Origin: Eledone cirrhosa
Taxonomy: Eukaryota
Length of the DNA: 64,000 nt
Assembly (NCBI GenBank): GCA_964016885.1
Contig: OZ024743.1
Coordinates: forward strand, 101,432,001-101,496,000
Reading direction: 5' to 3'
Shown: piece after piece, positions 53,978-64,000 of the stretch
Layout: the number at the start of each line of letters is the position of its first letter
Position numbering within the stretch: position 1 is the first letter of the stretch
Made by a program: the position numbers and the translations under genes
The notes under the pieces: model-generated
Databases searched by the model: none
What the model was told of the DNA's origin: nothing
Seen by the model: the letters and a program-made list of their open reading frames with translations, nothing else

Positions 53978-54274
53978 TCCCGGAAACACCCGGAAACAGC
54001 CCACTGAGCACTGCGCATGCGCCCAGGTTGGACAGCACTGTGCATGCGCTAAGGTTGGACCACAGTGCGCATGCGCGAATGTTGGACCGTAGTGCGCATG
54101 AGCTAAGGTTGGACCGTACTGCGCATGCGCAGTGCTGTCCAAACTTGGCTCATGCGCAGTGCGGTCCAACCTTCGCGCATGCGCATTACGGTCCAACCTT
54201 CGCGCATGCGCAGTACGGTCCAACCTTCGCGCATGCGATCTACGGTCCAACCTCGAAACCAGTTTCATTTCGAT
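53978..54274. repeat. subtelomeric module H, fused to the telomeric array
   Basis: Ends AACCTCGAAACCAGTTTCATTTCGAT|GGGTTAGGG. Confidence 0.9.
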
Positions 54275-57200
54275 GGGTTAGGGTTAGGGTTAGGGTTAGG
54301 TTTAGGGTTAGGGTTAGGTTTATGGTTAGGGTTAGGGTTACGGTTAGCTGTTAGGGTTATGGTTAGAGTTAGGGTTAGGGTTAGGGTTAGTGTTAGGTTT
54401 AGGGTTAGGGTTGGGATTAATGTTAGGGTTAGGGTTAGTGTTAGGGTTAGGCTTAGGTTTAGGGTTAGGGTTAGGTCTAGTGTTAGGGTTAGGGCTAGGG
54501 TTAGGGTTAGGGTTAGCTGTTAGGGTTATGGTTAGGGTTAGGGATAGGGTTAGGGTTAGCTGTTAGGGTTAGGGTTAGGGTTAGGGTTAGGGTTAAGGTT
54601 AAGGTTAGCTGTTAGTGTTAGGTTTAGGGTTAGGGTTAATGTTAGGGTTAGCGGTTAGGGTTAGGGTTAGGGTTAGGGCTAGGCTTAGGGTTTAGTGTTA
54701 GGGTTAGTGTCAGGTTTAGGGTTAGGGTTAGCTGTTAGGGTTAGGGTTAGGGTTAAGGTTAGGGTTATGGTTAGGTTTAGGGTTAGGGTTAGAGTTAGGG
54801 TTAGGGTTAGTGTTAGGTTAGCGTTAGTGTTAGCGTTAGGGTTAGGGTTAAGGTTAGGGTTAGGGTTAGGGTTAGTGTTAGGGTTAGGTTTAGGTTTAGG
54901 GTTAGGGCTAGGGTTAGGGTTAGAGTTAGTGTTAGCTGTTAGGGTTAGTATTAGGGTTAGGGTTAGGGTTAGTGTTAGGGTTAGGGTTTGGGTTAGGGTT
55001 AAGGTTAGGGTTAGGATTAGGGTTAGCTGTTAGTGTTAGGGTTAGTGTTAGGGTTAGGGTCATGTTTAGGGTTACGGTTAGGGTTAGGGTTAGGGTAAGG
55101 GTTAGCTGTTAGGGTTACGGTTAGGGCTAGGGTTAGGGTTAGGGTTAGCGGTTAGGGTAAGGGTTTGGGTTAGGGTTAAGGTTAGGTTTAGGGTTAGGGT
55201 TAGCTGTTAGGGTTAGTGTTAGGGTTAGGGTTAAGGTTAGGGTTAGGATTAGGGTTAGCTGCTAGTGTTAGGGTTAGGGTTAGGGTTAGGGTAAGGTTAG
55301 GGTTAATGTTAGGGTTATGGTTAGGGTTAGGGTTAGGTTTAGGGTCTGCTGTTAAAGTTAGGTTTAGTGTTAGGGTTAGGGCTAGTGTTAGCTGTTAGTG
55401 ATAGGGTTAGGGTTAGTGTTAGGGTTAGGGTCAGGTTTAGGGTTACTGTTAGGTTTAGGGTTAGGGTAAGGGTTAGCTGCTAGGGTTAGGGTTAAGGTGA
55501 GGGTTAGGGTTAAGGTGAGGGTTAGGGTTGGGGTTGAGGTTGCGGTTGGGGTTAGTGTTAGGGTTAGGGTTAGGGTTAGTGTTAGGGTTAGCTGTTAGGG
55601 TCAGCTGTTATGGTTATGGTTAGGGTTAGGGTTAGGGTTAGGGTTAGGGTTAGGGTTAGAGTTAGGGTTAGGGTTAGCTGTTAGCTGTTAGCTGTTAGGG
55701 TTAGGGGTAGGGTTAGGGTTAGGGTTAGGGTTAGCTGTTAGGGTTAGGGTTAGGTTAGGGTTAGGGTTAGGGTTAGGGTTAGGGTTAGGGTTAATGTTAG
55801 TGTTAGCGTTAGGGTTAGGGTTACGGTTAGGGTTAGGGTTAGGATTAGGGTTAGCTGTTAGGGTTAGGGTTTGGGTTAGGATTAGGGTTTAGGTTAGTGT
55901 TAGGGTTAGGGTTAGGATTAGTGTTAGGGTTAGGGTTAGCTGTTAGGGCTAGGGTTAGGTTTAGTGTTAGGGTTAGGGTTAGGGTTAGCTGTTAGGGTTA
56001 GGGTTAGGGTTAGGGTTAAAGTTAGGGTTAGGGTTAGGGTTAGGGTTAGGGTTGGGGTTAGGGATATGGTTAGGTTTAGGTTTAGGGTTAGAGTTAGGGT
56101 TAGAGTTAGGGTTAGGGTTAGGGCTATGGTTAGGTTTAGGGTTAGCTGTTAGGGTTAGGATTAGCTGTTAGGGTTAGGGTTAGTGTTAGGGTTAGGGCTA
56201 GGGTTAGGGTTAGGGTTAGGGTTAGCTGTTAGGGTTAGGGTGAGGGTTAGGGTTAGGTTAGGGTTAATGCTATCGTTAGGGTTAGGGTTAGGGCTAGGGT
56301 TAGGGTTAGCTTTTAGGGTAAGGTTTAGGGTTAGGGTTAGGGTTAGAGTTAGCTGTTAGGGTAAGGGTTATGGTTAGGGTTAGGCTTAGGTTTAGGGTTA
56401 GGGTTAGGATTAGGGTTAGGGTTAGCTGTTAGGGTTAGGGTTAGTGTTAGGGTTAAAGTTAGGGTTAGGATTAGGGTTAGGGTTAGGGTTAGGGTAAGGG
56501 TTAGCTGTTAGGGTTAGGGTTAGGGTTCGGGTTAGCTGTTAGGGTTAGGGTTAGGATTAGGGTTAGGGTTATGTTTAATGTTAGGGTTAGGGTCAGGGTT
56601 AGGGTTAGTGTTAGTGTTAGGATTAGGGTTAGGGTAAGGGTTAGGGTTAGGGTTAGGGTTAGGGTTAGGTTTAAGGTTGGGGTTAGGGTTAGTGTTAGGG
56701 TTAGTGTTAGGGTTAGGGTTAGAGTTAGGGTTAAAGTTAGGGTTAGGGTTAGGGTTAGGTTTAGGGTTAGGGTTAGGATTAGGGTTAGGGTTAGGGTTAG
56801 GGTTAGGGTTAAGGTTAGTGTTCAGGTTAGCTGTTAGGGTTAGGGTTAGTGTTAGGGTTAGGGTTAGGGTTAGGGTTCGGGTTAGGGTTAGTGTTATGGT
56901 AAAGGTTAGGGTTAGGATTAGGGTTAGCTGTTAAGGTTAAGGTTAGGGTTAGGTTTAGGTTAGGGTTAAACTTAGGGTTAGTGTTAGGGTTAGGGTTAGG
57001 GTTAGGGTTAGGGTTAGGATTAGGGTTAGGTGTAGGGTCTGCTGTTAGGGTTAGGGCTCGGGTTAGGGTTAGGGTTAGCTGTTAGGGTAAGGGTTAGGGT
57101 TAGGGTTAGTTGTTAGGGTTAGGGTTAGGGTTAGGGTGAGGGTTAGCTGTTAGGGTTAGGGTTAGGGTTAGTTTTTAGGGTTAGGGTTAGGATTCGTGTT

Positions 57201-60200
57201 AGAGTTAATGTTAGTGTTAGGGTTAGGGTCAGGATTAGGGTTACGGTTAGGGATAGGGTTAGGGTAAGGGTTAGCTGTTAGGGTTAGGGTTAGGGTTAGG
57301 GTTAGTGTTAGGGTTAGCTGTTAGGGTTACGTTTATGGTTAGAGTTAGGGTTAAGGTTAGGGTTAGGGTTAGGGTTTGCTTTTAGGGTTAGGGTTAGGGT
57401 TAGGGTTAGGGTTAGGGTTAAATTTAGGTTCAGGGTTAGGGTTAGTATTAGGGATAGAGTTAGGGGTAGGGTTAAGGTTAGGGTTAGGGTTAGCGTTAGG
57501 TTTAGGGTTAGTGTTAGGGTTAGGGTCAGGGTTAGGGTTAGCGGTTAGGGTTAGGGTTAGGGTTAGTGTTAGGGTTAGGGTTAGGGTTAGGGTCAGCTGT
57601 TAGGGCTAGTGTTAGTGTTAGGGTTAGTGTTAGGGTTAGGGTAAGGGTTATTTGTTAGGGTTAGGGCTAGGGTTATGGTTAGGTTAGGATTAGGGTTAGG
57701 GTTAGCTGTTAGGGTTAGGGTTAGGGTTAGGGTTAGGATTAGGGTTAGGGTTAGGGTTAGGTTTAGGGTTAGCGTTAGGGTTAGGGCTAGAGTTAGGGTT
57801 AAGGTTAGGGTTAGGGTTAGGGTTAGTGTTAGGTTTAGGGTTAGGGTTATGATTAGGGTTAGGGTTAGGGTTAGGGTTAGGGTTAGGGTTAGGGTTAGCT
57901 GTTAGTGTTTGTTTTAGGGTTAGGTTTACGCTTAGGGTTAGGGTCAGGGTAAGGTTTAGCTTTTAGGGTTAGGGTTAGGGTTAGGGGTAGGGTTAGGGTT
58001 AGCTGTTAGAGTTAGGGTTAGGATTAGGGTTTGGGTTATGTTTAATGTTAGGGTTAGGGTTAGAGTCAGGGTTAGGGTTAGTGTTAGTGTTAGGATTAGG
58101 GTAAGGGTTAGTGTTAGGGTTAGGGTTAGGGTTAGGTTTAAGGTTGGGGTTAGGGTTAGTCTTAGGGTTAGCGTTAGGGTTAGGGTTAGGGTTAGGGTTA
58201 GGGTTAGGGTTAGAGATAGGGTTTGGGTTAGGGTTAGGTTTAGGGTTAGGGTTAGGATTAGTGTTAGGGTTAGCTGTTAGGGTCAGCTGTTATGGTTAGT
58301 GTTAGGGTTAGGGTTAGGGTTAGGGTTAGAGCTAGGGTTAGGGTTAGGGTTAGGGTTAGAGCTATGTTTAGGGTTAGGGTAAGGGATAGCTGCTTGTGTT
58401 AGATTTAGGGTTAGGGTAAGGTTAGGGTTAGGGTTAGGGTTAGGGTTAGGGTTGGGGTTGGGGTTGGGGTTAGGGTTAGGGTTAGGTTTAGGGTTAGGGT
58501 TAGGGTTAGGGTTAGGGTTAGGGTTAGAGCTAGGGTTATGGTTAGGGTTAGCTGTTTGCTGTTAGGGTTAGGGTTAGGGGTAGGGTTAGGGTTAGGGTTA
58601 GGGTTAGCTGTTAGGATTAGGGTTAGGTTAGGCTTAGGGTTAGGGTTAGGGTTAAGGTTAGGGTTAATGTTAGGCTTAGGGTTAGGATTAGGGTTAGGGT
58701 TAGCTGTCAGGGTTACGTTTATGGTTAGAGTTAGGGTTAAGGTTAGGGTTAGGGTTAGGGTTAAGGTTAGGGTTTGCTTTTAGGGTTAGGGTTAGGGTTA
58801 GTGTTAGGGTTAGGGTTACGGTTAGCTGTAAGGTTTAGGATTAGGGTTAGGGTTAGGGTTAGTGTTAGGGTTAGTGTTAGGGTTAAGGTAAGGGTTAGGG
58901 TTAGGATTAGGGTTAGCTGTTAGGGTTAGGGTTTGGGTTAGCATTAGTGGTTAGGTTAGGGTTAGGGTTAGGGTTAGGATTAGTGTTAGGGTTAGGGTTA
59001 GGGTTTGCTGTTAGGGTTAGTGTTAGGGTTTGCTGTTAGGGTTAGGGTTAGGGTTAGGGTTGGGGTTAGGGATATGGTTAGGGTTAGGGTTAGGGTTAGG
59101 GTTATAGATAGGGTTAGGGTTAGGGCTAGGGTTAGGTTTAGGGTAAGGGTTAGGATTAGGGTTAGGGTTAGGGTTAACTGTTAGGGTTAGGATTAGCTGT
59201 TAGGGTTAGGGTTAGTGTTAGGGTAAGGGCTAGGGTTAGGTTTAGGATTAGGGTTAGCTGTTAGGTTTAGGGTAAGGGTTAGGGTTAGGGTTAGGTTTAG
59301 GGTTAGGTTAGAGTTAAAGTTATCGTTAGTGTTAGGGTTAGGGCTAGGGTTATGGTTAGCTTTTAGGGTAAGGTTTAGGGTTAGGGTTAGGGTTAGAGTT
59401 AGCTGTTAGGGTAAGGGTTATTGTTAGGGTTAGGGTTAGGGTTAGGGTTAGGGTTAGGGTTAGGGTTAGGGTTAGAGCTAGGGTTATGGTTAGGGTTAGC
59501 TGTTAGCTGTTAGGGTTAGGGTTAGGGGTAGGGTTAGGGTTAGGGTTAGGGTTAGCTGTTAGGATTAGGGTTAGGTTAGGCTTAGGGTTAGGGTTAGGGT
59601 TAAGGTTAGGGTTAATGTTAGGCTTAGGGTTAGGGTTAGCTGTCAGGGTTACGTTTATGGTTAGAGTTAGGGTTAAGGTTAGGGTTAGGGTTAGGGTTAA
59701 GGTTAGGGTTTGCTTTTAGGGTTAGGGTTAGGGTTAGTGTTAGGGTTAGGGTTACGGTTAGCTGTAAGGTTTAGGATTAGGGTTAGGGTTAGGGTTAGTG
59801 TTAGGGTTAGTGTTAGGGTTAAGGTAAGGGTTAGGGTTAGGATTAGGGTTAGCTGTTAGGGTTAGGGTTTGGGTTAGCATTAGTGGTTTGGTTAGGGTTA
59901 GGGTTAGGGTTAGGATTAGTGTTAGGGTTAGGGTTAGGGTTTGCTGTTAGGGTTAGTGTTAGGGTTTGCTGTTAGGGTTAGGGTTAGGGTTAGGGTTGGG
60001 GTTAGGGATATGGTTAGGGTTAGGGTTAGGGTTAGGGTTATAGATAGGGTTAGGGTTAGGGCTAGGGTTAGGTTTAGGGTAAGGGTTAGGATTAGGGTTA
60101 GGGTTAGGGTTAACTGTTAGGGTTAGGATTAGCTGTTAGGGTTAGGGTTAGTGTTAGGGTAAGGGCTAGGGTTAGGTTTAGGATTAGGGTTAGCTGTTAG

Positions 60201-63200
60201 GTTTAGGGTAAGGGTTAGGGTTAGGGTTAGGTTTAGGGTTAGGTTAGAGTTAAAGTTATCGTTAGTGTTAGGGTTAGGGCTAGGGTTATGGTTAGCTTTT
60301 AGGGTAAGGTTTAGGGTTAGGGTTAGGGTTAGAGTTAGCTGTTAGGGTAAGGGTTATTGTTAGGGTTAGGCTTAGGTTTTAGGGTTAGGGTTAGGATTAG
60401 GGTTAGGGTTAGCTGTTAGGGTTAGGGTTAGTGTTAGGGTTAAGGTTATGGTTAGGATTAGGATTAGGGTTAGGGTTAGGGTTAGGTTTAAGGTTAGGGT
60501 TAGGATTAGGGTTAGCTGTTAGTGTTAGGGTTAGGGTTAGGGTTAGGGTTAGGGTTAGGGTTAGGGTCAGGGTTAGGGTTAGGGTTAGGGTTAGGATTAG
60601 GGTTATGGTTAGCTGTCAGGGTTACGTTTATGGTTAGGGTTAGGGTTAAGGTTAGGGTTTGCTTTTAGGGTTAGGGTTAGGGTAAGGGTTAGGGTTACGG
60701 TTAGCTGTAAGGTTTAGGATTAGGGTAAGGGTTAGGGTTAGTGTTAGGGTTAGTGTTAGGGTTAAGGTTAGGTTTAGAATTAGGGTTAGGGTTAGGGTTA
60801 GTGCTAGGGTTAAGGTTAGGGGTAGTGTTAAGGTTAGGGTTAGGGTTAGGGTTAGGGTTATGGGTTAGGGTTAGCGGTTAGGGTTTGGGTTAGGGTTAGT
60901 GTTAGGGTTAGGGTTAGGGTTAGGTTTAGGGTTAGGGTTAGGGTTAGTGTTAGGGTTAGTGTTAGGGTTAGGGTTAGGGTTAGGGTCAGGGTTAGGGTTA
61001 GGCTTAGGGTTAGGATTAGGGTTAGGGTTAGCTGTCAGGGTTACGTTTATGGTTAGAGTTAGGGTTAAGGTTAGGGTTAGGGTTAGGGTTAAGGTTAGGG
61101 TTTGCTTTTAGGGTTAGGGTTAGGGTTAGTGTTAGGGTTAGGGTTACGGTTAGCTGTAAGGTTTAGGATTAGGGTTAGGGTTAGGGTTAGTGTTAGGGTT
61201 AGTGTTAGGGTTAAGGTAAGGGTTAGGGTTAGGATTAGGGTTAGCTGTTAGGGTTAGGGTTTGGGTTAGCATTAGTGGTTAGGTTAGGGTTAGGGTTAGG
61301 GTTAGGATTAGTGTTAGGGTTAGGGTTAGGGTTTGCTGTTAGGGTTAGTGTTAGGGTTTGCTGTTAGGGTTAGGGTTAGGGTTAGGGTTGGGGTTAGGGA
61401 TATGGTTAGGGTTAGGGTTAGGGTTAGGGTTATAGATAGGGTTAGGGTTAGGGCTAGGGTTAGGTTTAGGGTAAGGGTTAGGATTAGGGTTAGGGTTAGG
61501 GTTAGCTGTTAGGGTTAGGATTAGCTGTTAGGGTTAGGGTTAGTGTTAGGGTAAGGGCTAGGGTTAGGTTTAGGATTAGGGTTAGCTGTTAGGTTTAGGG
61601 TAAGGGTTAGGGTTAGGGTTAGGTTTAGGGTTAGGTTAGAGTTAAAGTTATCGTTAGTGTTAGGGTTAGGGCTAGGGTTATGGTTAGCTTTTAGGGTAAG
61701 GTTTAGGGTTAGGGTTAGGGTTAGAGTTAGCTGTTAGGGTAAGGGTTATTGTTAGGGTTAGGCTTAGGTTTTAGGGTTAGGGTTAGGATTAGGGTTAGGG
61801 TTAGCTGTTAGGGTTAGGGTTAGTGTTAGGGTTAAGGTTATGGTTAGGATTAGGATTAGGGTTAGGGTTAGGGTTAGGTTTAAGGTTAGGGTTAGGATTA
61901 GGGTTAGCTGTTAGTGTTAGGGTTAGGGTTAGGGTTAAGGTTAGGGTTAGGGTTAGGGTCAGGGTTAGGGTTAGGGTTAGGGTTAGGATTAGGGTTATTG
62001 TTAGCTGTCAGGGTTACGTTTATGGTTAGAGTTAGGGTTAAGGTTAGGGTTAGGGTTAGGGTTAAGCTTAGGGTTTGCTTTTAGGGTTAGGGTTAGGGTA
62101 AGGGTTAGGGTTACGGTTAGCTGTAAGGTTTAGGATTAGGGTAAGGGTTAGGGTTAGTGTTAGGGTTAGTGTTAGGGTTAAGGTTAGGTTTAGAATTAGG
62201 GTTAGGGTTAGGGTTAGTGTTAGGGTTAAGGTTAGGGGTAGTGTTAAGGTTAGGGTTAGGGTTTAGGTTAGGTTTAGGGTTAGGGTTAGGGTTAGGGTTA
62301 TGGGTTAGGGTTAGCGGTTAGGGTTTGGGTTAGAGTTAGTGTTAGGGTTAGGGTTAGGGTTAGGGACAGCTGTTAGGGTTAGTGTTAGTGTTAGGTTTAG
62401 GGTTAGGGTTAGGGTTAGTTGTTAGGGTTAGGGTTAGCTGTTAGGGTTAGGGTTAGTGTTAGGGTTAGGATTAGGGTTTGGGTTAGGGTTAGGTTTAGGG
62501 TAGGCGTTAGGGTTAGGGCTAGAGATAGGGTTAAGGTTAGGGTTAGGGTTAGTGTTAGGTTTAGTGTTAGGGTTAGGGTTAGGGTTAGGGTTAGGGTTAG
62601 GGTTAGTGTTAGGGTTAGGGTTAGGTTTAGGGTCTGCTGTTAAAGCTAGGGTTAGGGTTAGGGTTAGGGTTAGGTTTAGCTGTTAGGGTAAGGGTTAGTT
62701 TGAGGGTTAGAGTTAGCTGTTAGTGATAGGGTTAGAATTAGTGTTAGGGTTAGGGTCAGGGTTAGGGTTACGGTAAGGTCTAGGGTTAGGGTTAGGCTTA
62801 GCTGCTAGGGTTAGGTGTAGGGTTAGGGTTAAGGTGAGGGTTAGGGTTAGGGTTAAGGTTAGGGTTTGCTTTTAGGGTTAGGGTTAGGGATAGGATTAGG
62901 GTTACGGTTAGCTGTAAGGTTTAGGATTAGGGTTAGGGTTAGGGTTAGTGTTAGGGTTAGCGTTAGGGTTAAGGTTAGGGGTAGTGTTAAGGTTAGTGTT
63001 AGGGTTAGGGTTTAGGTTATGTTTAGGGTTAGGGTTAGGGTTAGGGTTATGGGTTAGGGTTAGCGGTTAGGGTTTGGGTTAGGGTTAGTGTTAGGGTTAG
63101 GGTTAGGGTTAGGGACAGCTGTTAGGGTTAGTGTTAGTGTTAGGTTTAGGGTTAGGGTTAGGGTTAGTTGTTAGGGTTAGGGTTAGCTGTTAGGGTTAGG

Positions 63201-64000
63201 GTTAGTGTTAGGGTTAGGATTAGGGTTAGGGTTAGGGTTAGGTTTAGGGTTAGCGTTAGGGTTAGGGCTAGAGATAGGGTTAAGGTTAGGGTTAGGGTTA
63301 GTGTTAGGTTTAGTGTTAGGGTTATGATTAGGGTTAGGGTTGGCTGTATGGGTTAGGGTTAGGGTTTGGGTTATCTGTTAGGGTTAGGGTTAGTTTAAGG
63401 TTTAGGGTTAGAGTTAGGGTTAGGGTTAGGGTTAGGGTAAGGTTAGGGTTAATGTTAGGGTTAGGGTTAGGTTTAGGGTTAGGGTTAGGTTTAGGGTCTG
63501 CTGATAAAGTTAGGGTTAGGGTTAGGGTTAGGGTTAGGGTTAGGGTTAGGTTTAGCTGTTAGGGTAAGGGTTAGTTTGAGGGTTAGGGTTAGCTGTTAGT
63601 GATAGGGTTAGAATTAGTGTTAGGGTTAGGGTCAGGGTTAGGGTTACGGTAAGGTCTAGGGTTAGGGTAAGGCTTAGCTGCTTGGGTTAGGTGTAGGGTT
63701 AGGGTTAAGGTGAGGGTTAGGGTTAGTGTCAGGGCTAGGGTTGGGGTTGGGGTTAGTGTTAGGGTTAGGGTTAGAGTTAGGGTTAGTGTTAGGGTTAGCT
63801 GTTAGGGTCAGCTGTTATGGTTAGGGTTAGGGTTAGGGTTAGAGTTGGGGTTAGGGTTAGGGTTAGCTGATATCTGTTAGGGTTAGGGTTAGGGGTAGTG
63901 TTAGGGTTAGGGTTAGGGTTAGCTGTTAGGGTTAGGGTTAGGTTAGGCTTAGGTTTAGGGTTAGGGTTAGGGTTACGGTTAATGTTAGGGTTAGGGTTAG
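54275..64000 (+). repeat. degenerate telomeric array (TTAGGG)n
   Basis: TTAGGG dominant, G-rich strand running toward the window end; variants TTAGCTG, TTAGTG, TTAGGA, TTAAGG, TTTAGG, CTAGGG. Confidence 0.97.

Noticed and set aside
35666-54354. Long ORFs (AHAHYGPTF, THAITHARN repeats, up to 667 aa)
   Set aside because: By-products of stop-poor satellites, open in several frames on both strands.
54125-63356. VR and GL dipeptide ORFs
   Set aside because: Automatic translations of TTAGGG; nothing in the sequence shows they are expressed.
54275-64000. Telomere-specific retrotransposon (Athena, SART/TRAS type) in the array
   Set aside because: No non-telomeric insert longer than a few bases is visible.

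Overview
Eukaryotic (animal) non-coding DNA that looks like a chromosome end. The abundant (TA)n tracts, the SINE types and TTAGGG telomeres suggest an octopus-like mollusc (inference). No host protein-coding gene is supported. 1-33 kb is a retroelement graveyard: a near-intact RTE LINE with three C2H2 fingers, a near-intact and a truncated Tx1/L1-clade LINE, CRE, RTE and R4-like fragments, a Naiad-type Penelope GIY-YIG fragment, SINEs, a Tc1/mariner MITE, and about ten hammerhead-ribozyme motifs in Penelope-type termini. 33.3-54.3 kb is a subtelomeric block of eight modules, all in the same polarity: AT tract > CCGGAAAT 10-mers > 27-bp repeats each carrying a TGCGCATGCGCG (NRF-1 consensus) palindrome > optional (CACG)n/CACGCAAT expansion > strand flip > T-rich ~28-mers. 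The last module joins directly to ~9.7 kb of degenerate (TTAGGG)n that carries a recurrent TTAGCTG variant and kb-scale higher-order duplications. The best candidates for novelty are a satellite-built, NRF-1/ETS-motif TERRA-promoter-like system, the TTAGCTG variant as a possible telomerase template read-through footprint, and a RIP-like CpA/TpG-depleted patch. All coordinates and counts were read by eye.
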